A stretch of DNA of 64,000 nucleotides from NCBI GenBank assembly GCA_965113315.1, contig OZ220377.1; one strand, given 5' to 3'. A program made the position numbers and the translations under genes. The notes under the pieces are model-generated. The model worked only from the letters and a program-made list of their open reading frames with translations, had not been told where the DNA came from and ran no database searches. Origin of the DNA: Podarcis vaucheri (taxonomy: Eukaryota). This document shows, piece by piece, positions 12,901-27,170 of this stretch. Every line of letters starts with the position of its first letter. Position 1 is the first letter of the stretch.

Positions 12901-15451
12901 AAGCTGCTCTGCTGCTCTCCTCAGTTCCCCTCCCAAACTGCCAGGCACCCAGTGCAAATCTGCCCATATACAGTCATTTCCTATTCTTAGAAGCTTTTCC
13001 CTGGGATTGTGCTGGGGGAGTCATCCAGAGGAAATCCTGTTTCCTCCGTTAAAAAATGGAGGGCTGCAAGCGGCACTTCTCTCACTTCCTATCTGGTGTC
13101 CCCGAGGGGACCCTGGATGGAGGGGGCAGGCCCTGCCCGTCCTCCCCACCTTACGTCCTTTGCAGCAGCCACCACAGAGGAGCCAGGTGGCAGGTTTGCT
13201 TTTTGACTTTGGGCAGAGGAGCAGAGCTTTCTCTACCGTGGGGAGGCCCCGTCTGCAGGGCATTCTTGCCCCATTGCTGCGGCTTAGGACCAGGGCCTGC
13301 ATCAGCCCAACGCCTCCAGTGGGGCAGGGGGGGTGCAGGAGGGGACCCCAGAGTCTTTCCGCTCTCCGGAGCCTCTTGAGGGAGGAGGCATTTCCAGCAG
13401 GGGAGGATTCCAGCAACCGCAGGCTCTGGACACTGAACTTTCCCCGTGAAAACATATTTTATCCTTAAAAGGAAAATGAGGGCCTGGCTGCTGGGAGGAG
13501 GAGAGGCTTTGGCTGAGCAGAATCCAGCTCTTTCTCCTCAGTGCCACATCTGGCAGGAGAGGGAGAAGCTCCGCAGGCGACTGGGCTGAGCCGGGGGTCT
13601 GCATGGCTGCTGGGGGTGGCGAGGGGGATCAAGGCACAACAACAAACAACAAAGCAGGGTCCGGTGCAAGGGGCACCAATGTGACATTTTGTTCTGCATG
13701 GGCTCTGGACCCCACCACCCGCCTGTCCCCGGTCTTCCTCACCCTGAGGGCCTTTTGGCACCAGATGCTGTGCACCTCTGTTGTATATGGAAGCGGGGCT
13801 GACTTTGATCCGGATGTGTATGCCTACCCACAGGCCTCAGGGAACTGGGCAGCTGAGAGCCAGCAAACCCCTTTGACTGGCCTGTTTGGGGCACTTCTCC
13901 TCCCAAAGCTCCCTGTGGAGAGACACTCTGCCTCCACCCGCCGCCTGTGCCTGGGAGGGAGGCCCAGGGTGACGGAGGGGCTCCTGCTCACCCTCCTGGG
14001 GGCTGCCGGGCTGCTTTTGGCCACATGGGAGGCTGTCCCACCCCACCTAAAGGTGCCACCCCTCCCTTCCCTTGTGGCCTCCATTTCTCAAGCAGCTGTG
14101 GGGTTAGGATACAAAGGGCTTATCCTGGCAAAGCAGTGGGGGGGGACGGACAACCAGTTGGCCGATTGATCTCTCAGGTGTGAGCGTGGCAATCCTGAGT
14201 CGGGACAGACAGACAGACAGACGAGGATCCCAAGGCCCTTCTGAATCCTGCTCTTTGTGGCCTGCAACATGAGATGCTTGGCTGGTGGTGCAGCTGGCAG
14301 AGCCTCGCCCCCTCGCCCAGCCCAGGGAGAGACTCCACCTGGCCCCTTCCAGGCCTGCTGGGAAACAGGTGCTTATCAACTGTGAGTGGAGCAAGTCTGG
14401 CCAGGAAGGCCGGGATCCGACCACAGCCAAGGGGAGCCATGCAGCTGTCCGTCACTGTCACCGTCCCCCCCGGGCAAAGAAGAGACTGCTGAAGAAGACC
14501 CCCTCACTTGCCTTTGCTGCCCTTCCCCCCCCCCCTGTTTCCCAGAGGCTTGGCCATGTGGAGATCCAGAGGAGGTTGGGCAGTGTGATGGCGCAGCAAG
14601 AGAGCCAGCACAGCCCCCCATCTGGAAGCCCCCATGCAAATTCCTGCTGGCAGGGTGGGCCCCAGGTCTCCCCCAGCCTCTCGTGCTTTGTGAGTGTGTG
14701 ATGCTCACAGGGTGTTGTTGCCCAGAGGGCCAAGGTGTAGGAAAGTGTGTGCAAGACATTGTGAACTTTGGGGAAAGAAGGCGGCAAAGGCTCAGTCGTT
14801 GCCTTTCGGTGGGTTTCCTCACAGAAGTCTTCGAAATGCGCCAGGCACTTTTTGCTCCTGCTGCGGGTCAGTTTGTGACTATGTGGAGACTTCTGGGTGC
14901 CCAGAATTCAAGGTGCCATTAGCCCCTAGCTTATATATTTGCGTTTCTCACACTGCCCCATGGCTGTGGCCCAATGGCCGCCTGCTCCTCCCTCCTGGGC
15001 TACCTTGGCTGGGTATCTCCCCATTGCCGCCCTCCTCTGGGAGCCAAGCTGGGCCTGCCATCCTCCCTCCCTCCCTCCCTCCCCCCTCCTTGTGGCTTTT
15101 TATGAGGAGTGCTGGGCTCAGGCCCAACTTTCCCAGCCACTTGGATTCCTTTTCTCTCCCTCTTGCCTGCTGAGAGGGAACTATTCATCCAAGGCAGCCG
15201 GCAGAGGCTTTTGCTGCAGCTTGTGATTTAGGGTGTGCCCACTCGCCTGCTTCTGCTGCCCATTGCTCACCGTGGAGCCAGGAGGGAGGCTCCTGCGGCG
15301 GCGGCGGCTACTGCTGCTGGCGATGAGGGAAGGCCTTCTGGAGGGCCCAGGGCGATGCTGCCGGGAGGAGAGAGGCGGCAGAGAGTAGAGGCAACCTCCT
15401 TTGGATCCCTGCTTTGAGAAGCGAGGCCTGTGACTCTGGCCAGGGGCAGCC

Positions 15452-15469
15452 ATGAAGTTCAGGGCTGTG
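15452..15469 (+). CDS. MYO1C: MYO1C alternative first coding exon, nuclear myosin 1 (isoform B) type, MKFRAV
   Basis: GCAGCCATG context and phase-0 donor GTG|GTAAGG. Resembles mammalian MRYRAS and joins in frame to [16 protein letters not shown] at 19387. Confidence 0.8.
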
Positions 15470-17314
15470 GTAAGGCTCTTCTGTGGTGGGGAGAGGGCGA
15501 GGAGGGGCAGGAAATTCCTCCATGGGTCTCCTGGGGGTTGATCCTGGCCTCCGGCTGATGCCCCTCCCTGTGGCCCTCTCCTGCAGGGGCAGACCTGGAC
15601 CTGGGAGGAGGTGTGTGGGGGGGTGTCAATGTGGCCACAAAGCTCAGGAGGTTTTCTCTGTGGGGCTCCTGGATCTGGTGTGGGGAGGGAGCCTATTTCT
15701 TGGCTGGATCAGGACATGGGGAGGGGAGCCCACAAGCCGTGAGGCTCTGGAGTCGTCCCCCCCCCCAGTCCTGCAGGGACCCAGGAAAGCTAGGCCTGGT
15801 GTGCCTCAAGGGCCCTTCCTGGGTGGACTGGCGTGGAGGGGGAGCCTTCCTCATCCTCAGGTGACCCCCCTCTCTATCCTGGGCCATGGACTCTGCCTCA
15901 GACAATGTTCCTCTTCCAGCTTCCCTTATCATAGGGGCCTTGTCAGGGCCGGCCGGCCCCTGAGTCTCCCCAGACACAGCCCACCTCCAAGGAAGCTAGC
16001 CCTGCCCTTACAAACAGGCCTGAGCCATTTGCTCAGCTGCAGCCCCTGGGACAGTTCTGGGTTGCCCTGTCTCCTTGCTCTGTGTGTGTTGCAAGTGGGG
16101 GGGGGTATTGTGAATCCATTAAACAGTCGAAAAAGCCTTCCGAAGGGTGTTGAAGGAGGACCCTCTGGGGGCACTGGGGCCTCTTACCTTCAGGTGCCTT
16201 TGGGGGGCTGAGCCAGGCGGGGAGCAGCTGAGCGACACCCACAGCGCCCCTCCTAAGTCCCAGCCCGAGGGGCAGGGCAGCAAGACAAGGGAAGTTGGAA
16301 GCAGAAGCGCTCGCCAGTCAATGGGGAAGCTGGCCTGGAGAAACCTCGCTGCTGCTCTCGGCCTGGGCTTGCGCACCAGGAGGAAGTCGACTCGTGAGAC
16401 ATGCTCGGTCTTGCAGTCGGAAGGGGAGCTTTGCCTAGTGGGCGGCCAGAGCAACAAGCAGGGAGGGAGGGAGGGAGCAGGGTGGCCCTGGCTGCCCACC
16501 TGTCCTCTTGACCCCTGGCCTGGATGCTAGGCTGCCCCAGCCAGAGAGTGACGTGGGGCCTCTTTGCCAGCCAGGGTGGGGACCCCCTGGGGCAATGGTG
16601 CCATTGCCAGGCCCGTGAAACTCCTGGCAGCTGAGGAGGGGGTGCCTGCCTCTGTCTGGGTGAGGGAGGGGCCCTGTAGAGATTTCCAAAGGCCAGCGAA
16701 TGGTTTGACTGGAGCAGTGGAGCTGGCCAGCTTATCCTCTGAAGGGGGTTAGGGTCTTCTGGAGTATGGGGAGGGGCTCAGCCTCCTCCATCTCTGTTGT
16801 CAATTCTGCCTCTGGAGGAAATTGCCTCTGGGGCTGGTGGAAAGTAGGACCCCTTTCTATGGGGTGTGGAAGGGGGTCGCTGTTGGGGAGCAGGCAAGCT
16901 CCCTTCTGCCCGGCATTACTGCTTGTGGTCCAGCAGAACCAGGGAAGGAAATTCCTGAGGCTGCAGCAGCCTGAACTTCTTCTCTATATGCCCAAGTTCC
17001 TTCTACTTTGGAAAGGGAAACCCGGGTTGTGTGTGTCCAAAAGGCCTTCCTTCCTTCCTTCCTTCCTTCCTTCCCTCCCTCCCCATATCTCTCCACCCCA
17101 CCCCAACAAAACAATGTGCCTTTGGGTGCCCTTTGGGCCTCACAGCTCTGCCTCCGATGATGGGAATGTTTATAATTCTTGTTTGAATAAATACTGCAGA
17201 ATTTACACTTGTTTGCTTCAGAAAGACGCCTAACGGTACTATTTTTAAACGTTACGTTTATTTGCTTTTACCCAATCCAAGATGCAAGAAAGGCATGTAA
17301 GATCCTGGCACAAA

Positions 17315-17345
<31 letters not shown>

Positions 17346-18856
17346 GGAGGGAGGGAGGGAGGGAGGGGGGAGGTAAACAGTGAACACGTCTGCATCATGT
17401 TTAGCACCAGAATTGCACCAGAATTTGACTGCCTGCATCACCAGGCAGTCAAAAACCACCCTGCCTGCGTTCCGCTTCCCCTATCTAGCACTTCCTTCCG
17501 GTGGACAGAGGCTCAGGACCCTCAGGACCAGGGCAGGTTCAGTCCCGTCTGCAGACAAGCTGCAGGTGGGCCAGCCATGGCAGCCACGTGTCCTGGAGGA
17601 AGGGGAGGCTGCCCACTCCCAGCCAGCCCTGGGGCCTTTGCCTCCACCTCCTCCTCCCAGGGAAGGCAGCCAGCCAGGGCAGAGCATTGCTGGCTGGTCC
17701 CAGACCGGCCCATCAGCTGATCTGGCTGGCCAAGGGGGCTGCCTGCCAGGGATGAGCCTTCAGGATTTGTGTGGGGGTGAGGGTCCCGTGAGGGTCCTGC
17801 TTCTCCCCTTCTCCTTCTCCCCCTCCTTCCACCCTCCCATGGGGTGGGCATCACTGTGGCCGTGTCTCCCTTGGTTTGTGGTGAGTCCCCTCCCACCTTC
17901 CACACTGCCCTCTCCTCCAGTGTCCAAAATTCCCCAGGGGCGTTTTGCTACTGACGCAGGTCCAATTGCGGTTGTGTGGAGATTTCTGGGCGCCAGGTTG
18001 GCAGCGAAGTTTAAAAGCCTCTGCCTTAATCCATAGTTTCCCCTGTGTGAGTTTCTCCTCCTTGCATGCTGGGATTAGTGAAGTGTTGTAAGATCAAGTA
18101 CAATCAGGCAGTGCAGTTGAGATCATAGGATCGTAGAATTGTAGCGCTGGGAGGGACCCTGGGGGGTCATCTAGTCCAACCCCCTGGTGAGCAGACGTTC
18201 TGTTGTGGTGACCGTGACCCAGATTCAAGGTGCCATTTGGCACTCCTCCCCCACAGAGCCACCACTTTGTCCCCCAACTGTACCTGTGGCACCTGGGGAG
18301 ACCGGGGCGGGTCGGTGTCCTTCACTCAGAGGTCTCTGTGTCCGGCTTGGATGTGACCTCTTGCTTTCCCCTCCTTGGCCAGCCAGTGTTTGGAGGAAGA
18401 CCTCTGGGCTCCCTTTGCTGGTGGTGCTGAGGGGGCCAGTGGGGTGGGGCTGGCTAGTGCCAGGAGCCCCTGCAGGCATGGGGAGGAGAGAGAGAGATGC
18501 TCAGCTGTCTCTGAGGCATCCGCCTTTCTCTCCCCACTCTGCCCCCCAAACTCCAGGTCTTCCCCCCTTGGAAGAGCCCCTCCCAGTAGCCAACCCCCAA
18601 AGGCTCCCTGTGGGGCCTGAGCAGGGAGAGTGGCAGAGAGAGGTGAAGAGGGTGCTTGAGGAGCGCAGGTGCGCCTCCTTTCTCCCTCTCCCCTCCTGGG
18701 GATTTGCTAGGGGAGGAAATGTTCCTGTTGGCATGGAAAGTTTCCTCCATTGGGGGGGCCCTCTGCGCAGTGCTGGGGAGAGGCCGGCAGGCTCACTCCG
18801 CTCCACTCCCAGCAAGTGAAGGACGTGGGGACGCTGTGTTCCCTCTCACGCCAGCC

Positions 18857-18937
18857 ATGAACGTCGAGGGCTTGTTGGCCCAGATCCAGCAGAAGAGGTC
18901 TCTCATCCCCATGGGCTTCCACCTGGCCAACCATCTG
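18857..18937 (+). CDS. MYO1C: Candidate additional MYO1C first coding exon (MNVEGLLAQIQQKRSLIPMGFHLANHL)
   Basis: GCCAGCCATG Kozak context, 27 open codons, phase-0 donor CTG|GTGAGT in frame with the acceptor at 19387. Confidence 0.55.
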
Positions 18938-19419
18938 GTGAGTGCCCATGGCGTGCGCAGGGTGTTGCTGGCCGAGGGCAGGACCTGGAGGCCTGGACGG
19001 GATGCCAGTGGAGTGTGTGTGTGTTGGGGTTGGGAAAAGCCGCTGTCTTCTGCCTCGCAGCCTTCCTGGGAAGGATCCTGATTTGCATTGCCGTTTGTGG
19101 CTTCTGAGACCTGGACTCCTTTACTCTAGGAGATGTTAAAACTTTGGTAGTGAACCAGCTGAGGGGCGTTGGCTGGGCTGGAGTGAGGAGTGTGGACTTC
19201 TGCCGGTGGGTCGGGGACTTCCGTCGCCTCCTTGTTGTGGACATGCCTCTCCCTGAGCCCTGCCAGCCTCGCTCTGGCGTCCATCCTTTGGCCCTTCCTT
19301 GACAGCCAGGCCAGGCATAGCCAGGCTTCCCTCCCTGTCCTCCTCTGGCCGCCTGGCTCAACCTCCCCTCTTGTTGCTCCTTGCAGCCTGTCGGCAGTGA
19401 CGGGATCCGGCTCGCAGCC

Positions 19420-22400
19420 ATGGAGAGTGCCCTGACAGCTCGCGACCGCGTGGGAGTCCAGGACTTTGTCCTGCTGGAGAACTTCACCAGCGAAGCGGCT
19501 TTCATCGAGAATCTGCGCAAGCGGTTCAAGGAGAACCTCATCTATGTGAGTGGAGCGGGTGGGGCAGCCCCCTTCATCCAGCAGCTACCTCTTTCCCTGT
19601 GGGGCTCTACCGGACGGGAGCCGTGGCCCCGCAGAGCCCCTCTGTCTGGGTGCTGGGCGGTCCCACTGCAGGTTCTGGAGCAGAGGGTCCAGGAGGGCAG
19701 GCTGGGGTGGGGCCTGAGGTGCAGCTGCTCTCAGCCCTGCAGGCAAACATTGAGGGAGGCAAACCATTCTGCCCCCACCCCCAGTTTCTCATGCCATCCA
19801 GTAATAACCCCCTGAGAAAGCCTCAAAGTTGTTTGAGGGATGCAGGAAACATTTCTTGGAGGAAGATTTCAAGGCAAAGAAGAAGAGCGTCACTATGAGG
19901 GATTGCCAGGCGTCCCAGAGGCTGCTCTCTCCTTCTCCCTGTTCCTCCTGACCTCCCCTCCCTCCCTTGCTCTGCAGACGTACATCGGCTCTGTCCTGGT
20001 CTCCGTCAATCCCTACAAGGACCTGGAGATCTACTCCAAGCAGCACATGGAGCGCTACCGGGGCGTCAGCTTCTACGAGGTCTCTCCTCACCTGTGGGTA
20101 ACGCCAGGGGTCAAGCCAGCCCCCCTCCCCCCCTGCTTGTCCTGGGCCTCTGGAGCCGCAGGCCGCCAGCCACACCCAAAGCATAGGAAAATCTGTGTGT
20201 GTGTGTGTGGACGAGAGGGCAAGGGTGGGATTTTTCCTGCTCCCTCTGCCCAACATTTCCCACGTTGCTAAGAGACCAGGAACCCGCCAGAGTATCTTTG
20301 TTTGCATAGCTGGGTGAACACTCCTCATTTAGAGAACGGAGCGCTGATTCTGAGCTCAATTTTGGAGGGTTCGTAAGACAAAAGAGCCCTGCGTGCGTGA
20401 AACACCCGGCCGCACTGCTTGCAGGGTGTGTGTGTACAAAATCTAGGGAGTGCCTTTGCTTTGGGAGATGGGAGGGAGGAAGATAGGGGAGGAGGGGATA
20501 TCCCAAGTCACATTCTGCCCCCCTACCCACGTTCCCTGGGATTTGGCCCAGCCGAAATGCTGGGGGGGGGGGCGCTGTCTTTTAGAGGGACAGGCTGCCT
20601 CTCAACTTCCCACTTGTTGGATCTGCAAGGCTCTTGATCACAAGCTTCAGCCTCCTTGAGATGAGCGAAAGCAAAGAAGGGAGGGACTGGGAAAGAATAC
20701 TCAATTCGGGATTTATTCTCTCCCAAACCCGATTGCATTTTATTTATTTATTAAAATAGTTTGCTCTCCGTATACCACCCAAAACCATGTTGGGATTTCA
20801 GGGCAGCATACAGCGAAAAGGTACAAATTCTCAATTATGACCCAGCAGACAAAATCCTTGAAACGTCGATGAGGATTTGTAGCAGTGGAAAGTGCCTCCC
20901 TGAGTGCCAAAACATTTGCCACGTGGGCCCTGGGCAAGGCTCTTTGGGGGTGTCCTTCCCCAGCTGGGGCACCACAGCCAAACAGCCCCTCGCGGCTGCG
21001 TCATGGGAATCAGATGCTGCCACAGCCTTTCCCTGGCCAGATGGGATCCGACCCTGTAGTTGTCAATATCAGTCTCAGTCCCTGTTTTAACCAGCTTTTA
21101 CACACGTTTTACATTTTGCTTTAATGGCAATGCGTACTGGGTTTACGGTAGACGTTTTGGAAATAAAGGAGGAAGGTGCCTGGAGAAAGGGCCTCAGCAG
21201 AAGCTCTTTAAGGCACAGGCAGGTGAAGAGAGAAGAAGTAGAAGCAAAACTCTGGCACAGATGCCCCCTTGGCAGGCCTCCTTCCCCCACCCCCTGCAGG
21301 CCCCGGGAGCGCCGGATGGTGGCGCTGACCAGGTGGTGACCACCGTGGCCCTTTGCTTCCCTCCTCCTCCTCAGCTACGCCATTGCAGACAATGCCTACC
21401 GCTCTCTGCGCACGGAGAGGAAGGACCAGTGCATCCTCATCTCGGGGGAAAGCGGGGCTGGCAAGACGGAAGCCACCAAGAAGGTGCTGCAGTACTATGC
21501 CATCACCTGCCCAGCCAGCGAGCAGGTGGAGACCATCAAGGACCGGCTCCTGCAGTCCAACCCAGTCCTGGAGGTAAGAGCACGAGGCCCAGTTCAGAAG
21601 GTGCCGGGGCTGCGGCTGCCTCTTCTCCTCTGTGGCTTTTGGGCCTGCAAGAGAGCTGGACACAACACAGCACAGCTGCTCCTCCCCGGTAGACCTGCCC
21701 CATCTTTGTGGCGTGGTTTGCTCTGCTGGGTGCCAACAACCAGGGGAGCCCATATGCCAGCCCCTGGCCCAGGATGCCTGTGCTGAGGCAGGAGAGGCCC
21801 TGCAGTGGTCAGCACTTGGGTCCGAGTCGAGGCCAGCTGGGGGCCAGGCTAGAAAGTCAAGCCAGGCAAGGCCTGCAGTCTGAGGGGCTGTGCCTGAGCC
21901 AGAGTCCTCTCCCCACACCTGGAGATCAGTTGTCCTCTTCTTCCTCTACAGGCGTTTGGAAATGCCAAGACACTTCGCAACGACAACTCCAGCCGCTTTG
22001 GGAAATACATGGATGTCCAGTTCGATTATAAGGTGAGTCTGTAGGAGGGCAAACCGAGTTAGCCTCCTGGTCCGTCCTGCTCTCCCCGCCTTGCCTGGTC
22101 ATGTCGGGGGCTGAAACTGGACCCTTCTGCATTGCAATGCGCACACTGGGCCACTGAAAACCCCCACCTTCTGAGCTGTGGAGGAGCAGGGGGAGCCCCT
22201 CTCTCTGTCCTCATGTGCAGCCAGGTTTCCCCCAGCCCCCAAAGCTTTTCATCATGCCCCCTGTGGAAAATACACCTGAGCTTCTCTGAGCCACGTCCTT
22301 CTGAGCATCTCTCTTTGGAGAGGAAAGACCGGCCTGTCCCGGAAGGGGTGGGCTCCAGTTTCTGAGATGAGGAGGAGGACAGAGTTCCAGCGGCAGGGAG

Positions 22401-25400
22401 CTCCAAGGCGGCTCTGCATGCAGGGCTGACCCCTGGTGGACGGTCTGTAGGCGCTTGGTGGGGAAACCCTGAGAGCTCTGGCAGCAGCCTTCTTGCTTGG
22501 CTCCGGGCTCCCTCTGCCCCTCTGCTCCCTCTCTGCCCTCGCCAGCCACACCTGCTGCCTTCTTTGCCTTAGGGGGCTCCCATTGGGGGCCACATCCTGA
22601 ACTACCTCCTTGAGAAGTCACGGGTGGTGCACCAGAACCACGGCGAGAGGAACTTCCACATCTTCTACCAGCTGCTGGAAGGGGGCGAGGAGGACCTGCT
22701 GCGGAGGCTGGGCCTGGAGAAGAGCCCCCACCAGTACCAGTACCTGGTGAAGGTAAAGCGCTGCACACCCCCACACCCCCAGCAGAAGCTTTTCTGGGGC
22801 CTGCAGTGGGTAGCTGAGGACCGCCTGCCTGCCTGCCTGCCTGCTGCCTGTCCATTTTGGGGGCAGCCACTGCATCCCCCCTCTCCGCTGCTGAGGGTCT
22901 CCTCCCCACATTCCCCATCTCTCTTGCCAGGGTCAGTGTGCAAAGGTCAGCTCCATCAACGACAAGAGCGACTGGAAGGGCGTGCGCAGGGCCCTGTCCG
23001 TCATTAACTTCGGCGACAACGAAGTGGAGGTAAGAGGCCCCTTTTGCTCCTGCGGCGGCTGCTGCTGCCTCCCCGTGTTTGGGAGGGAGGGGGCTGCTCC
23101 TGCGTCCCCTTCTGTGGTGCTCTTCTGCCAGTGACCCTCCCTGGCCCTCCCCTCTTCCCTTCCCAGGACCTCCTGAGCATTGTGGCCAGCGTCTTGCACT
23201 TGGGCAACGTGCAGTTTGCTGCCGACGAAGAGGGCAGCGCACAAGTGACCACAGAGAACCAGATCAAGTACCTGGCCCGGGTGAGTAGCAGAGCTGGCTG
23301 GCAGGGAGGGGGCAGTGGGAGCGGGGCATGGAGAGGAGCGAAAGGCTCCCAGGTACCTTTGGAAATGGGCCTGAGCTGCATCACTTGGAGGCTGTTTTTT
23401 AGGGGGGACGTGCGTGTGTGTCATAAAGGCTAGAGAAAGGCTTATATTCTAGAAGGGATCAAAGAAAGGAATGAATCTGAGAGATGGCCAAGTAACATTG
23501 GGGGAATCAACGTCCAGTGAATACGAAGGCAGGCCACAGTTTTATTCCTGCAGCTCTTGGAGTCAGAAGACGGAATGCCAGAGGAAATGACTTTGGAGTA
23601 CTTGAAAAGTGTGAATAAGGCCTTCAGTATGTTTTGGGGGTGAGGATTAGTCACAGCTGCTGGAAGAGAGGAGGCCAAACCACCCCCCAGACTTCCACTC
23701 TCCTCTAAAGTGAGGAGAAATAATGACACCCTATTTCTGATGATAAGCAGGGCTGGGGCAGGTGGCACCTTCTCTCTCTCCTGGCTGCACTGCACCCATC
23801 ACTCCTCCCCCAGTTTGGGTCTCTGCCTTCCTGCTCCTCTCAGGGCTGAGAAGGACCCTTTTCTTCAGCCGTGGGCAGAGGCTGCTCTGGCTGTGGCTCT
23901 TCAGCCGTGGCTCTCCTTTTTCTGCCTTGCAGCTCCTGGGGGTTGAAGGGTCTTTGCTTCGAGAGGCTCTGACCCACAAGAAGATCATCGCCAAGGGGGA
24001 AGAGGTAAGAAGGTTGGCCAGCTGACTGCCGCGGGGGGGGGGGAGGCGGCCTGGCCAACCCTGGGGCGTTTCCTGGTGATGGTCACTGTGGCCATCTCCA
24101 AGGGAGGTGGTTCGGGTACCTGGTGGCCCTCCCTCCGGAGTCCGCTGGCCGGAGAGAGGCTGACGGCAGCTCCTTCCTTGCAGCTGGTCAGCCCCCTCAA
24201 CCTGGAGCAGGCGGCTTACGCACGGGACGCCCTCGCCAAGGCCATCTACGGGCGCACCTTCTCGTGGCTCGTGGGCAAGATCAACAAGTCCCTCGCCTAC
24301 AAGGTCAGCAGGCTCTTCTCCCCATGACGGCCGCTGGGTCCTGAGCGGCACCCTCCGCGGAGGAGGCCTTGCTTCGGAAAAGGGGCCCACAAGGAGCAGG
24401 CCTCCTTCTGCAAGGGTGGCTTTGCTGGGACAGGAGCAAAGTCCCCGTTTTCTAGGCAGGCAGGGCAGGGGGGCCAGGGGAGGGTGCTGTTCCCAGGGGG
24501 CCTCTCACTCCCCTGTGCCTTTTGGCAGGAGACGGAGCGCCTGGGCTGGAGAAGCAGCGCCTCCGTCCTGGGGCTGCTCGACATCTACGGCTTCGAGGTT
24601 TTCCAGCACAACAGGTGGGTTTTCCTGGCTCCTGCCCAGGTGGAGGAAGAGGAGGGGCTGCCTGGCACAGGGCTGGCCTCAGGCTGCTCTCCTCCAGGGT
24701 TTGTCTCTGACCTTGTGCTGTGCCACTGAGTCTCCGGTTGCTGCAGGCCAGCCGGGCTGTGAGAAGAACCAGCCCCAGCAGGGAGGTGGGTCTCGCTCTG
24801 CCACCCATGACTGTGGCAGGGGGGACTGTGACCCCCCCTTCAGTGAAAGTGGTTGCTTGGAGGGGGAGGGGGGTCAGAGTCTCTGCTGGGGCCAAGAGCT
24901 CTTTTCTGCCTCCCCTCCTTTGCAGCTTTGAGCAGTTCTGCATAAATTACTGCAACGAGAAGTTGCAGCAGCTCTTCATCGAGCTCACGCTGAAGTCGGA
25001 GCAGGAGGAATACGAGGCTGAGGGAATTGCGGTAAGAGCAGGGAGTGGTGATGGGGGGGGGCTCCTCTGCTCTCCCAGCGAGGGAGGGGCTGCCATTTAC
25101 ACCTGAGGAGGCTGAAAATAAAGTCAGCCCTTTGGCCAGCCAGCCTCTGCTGAGCCCTTGCCCTTTGGATTACTGGCCACGTTTCTGTTGAATGAGAGGT
25201 GCCTAAGAACATGGCAGCCGTCACTTCTCCTTTGAAGGGCAAGGAATTGAGGCCTTAATGCCTGACTCTTGGCAGGGAGGGGCTTCCCCTTGGGCCCCCT
25301 AAGGCCAAAGGGGGAGCCCAGCGGGCTGGTGCCTCCAGCTGCTCCCCATTCGCCTCTCCTCCCGAGCAGGGCCTATTTCACTCAGACTCTCTCGCTTCCT

Positions 25401-25746
25401 TTTTGCAGTGGGAACCTGTCCAGTACTTCAACAACAAGATCATCTGTGACTTGGTGGAAGAGAAATTCAAAGGCATCATTTCAGTCTTGGTAAGGACGTT
25501 TTGAAGAAAAGGGTGTGAGAAGATTCTGGGCAGAGGGCCTTCTCGGTAGTGGCTCCCTCCCTGTGGAACACCCCCCCCCCTTCAGATGTTAAGGAAATAA
25601 ACAACTATCTGACTTTTAGAAGACATCTGAGGGTAGCTTTGCACAGGGAAGTTTTTAACATTTGATGTTTTAGTATGTTTTTAGATATGCTGTGAGCCGC
25701 CCAGGGTGGCTGGGGAAACCTAGCCAGATGGTTGCGGTATAAATAA

Positions 25747-25789
<43 letters not shown>

Positions 25790-27122
25790 GCTGTTGTTGG
25801 GGGGTGGAATAGCATTTCTGTCCCGTCATTCCCCAAAGGTCCCAGGGCTGCAAAAAGGCAAGATTTTAATCGGTGGAAACAATTTACGGTCAAAGGAATA
25901 GGGAAGGTTCTGAAAACATAAATTGTCTGTCTGCAGCTTCACAAGAGAGGCACCTCTGTTGGGAGGGAGCCCCACAGCCCAGGAAATGCCATCCTGGGCC
26001 CCCACTCCCACTGCTCTGCTCCCTCCTTTGGGCCCATTAGCCATTCTGGTCAGGGGGCAGTCTCCTGGGGACACCTGCAAGGCCCCCCCCCCCCGATCCT
26101 ATGGAGGCTTCCATCTGCTCCGAAAGGCTCCAGTGATGGTCTTGTGGGGAGGAGGAGGGTGGTGTTGCCTGCTAGACCCCCAAGTCTTTCCATTTCCGCC
26201 CTGCAGGATGAGGAGTGCCTGCGGCCTGGAGACGCCACCGACACGACCTTCCTGGTGAAACTGGAGGAGACAATAAAGAACCACCCCCACTTCCTCACGT
26301 GAGTCACCTTGGGGGCCGGAGGAGCCCCTCCCTCTTCAGCCCAGGACTGGAGGCTCCACTTTGGTTTCAGCAGCTTCTTTGAGAACAGAAGCAGCCAATC
26401 TGCTCCTGCTACAGGGACCCAATCCCCTCCAGCTCAACCTTGTCCTCTGGGACCCTGAGCCACTGATTCTGGCTCCCTCCCTCCCATCTTCTGCCCATTC
26501 TGGATTATTGTAACTCGCTCTATGTGGGGCTACTCTTGAGACTGACCCAGAAACTCCAGCAGAATGCCGAGGCGAAACTCCTTACGGGGTCCTTACTGCA
26601 AGATTACATTCACCCGGTGCTCTACCAGCTGCACTGGCTCCCGGTGGAGTACAGGATCAGGTTTAAGCTGCTGGTTTTAACCTTTAAAGCCCTATACAGC
26701 CTAGGACCTCATACCTGTGGGACTGCCTCTCCTGGTATGTCCCACAGAGGAACTTAAGGTCTTCAGACAAAAACATCTTGAAGGTCCCAGGCCACAGAGA
26801 GGTTAGGCTGGCCTCAACTAGAGCCAGGGCTTTTTCAGCTGTGGCTCCGATCTGGTGGAACGCTCTGTCACAAGAGACTAGGGCCTTGCGGGACTTGACA
26901 TCTTTCCGCAGGGCCTGCAAGACAGAGCTGCTCCACCAGGCATTTGGTCAGGGCACAGCCTGACTCCCTCCTTTGGCAATCTTCACAGAACTCTAGCCCA
27001 ATGGTTGCCATCAATTTGATTTGAATTAATTTTATAATGAATGATTTTAGAATGTTGTACTATTTTATTGTTGTTAGCCGCCCTGAGCCCGGCTTCGGCT
27101 GGGGAGGGCGGGATATAAATAA

Positions 27123-27170
<48 letters not shown>

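Noticed and set aside
12503-13468. 321-aa ORF in MYO1C intron 1
   Set aside because: No recognisable domain, non-ATG start, composition typical of a GC-rich intron.
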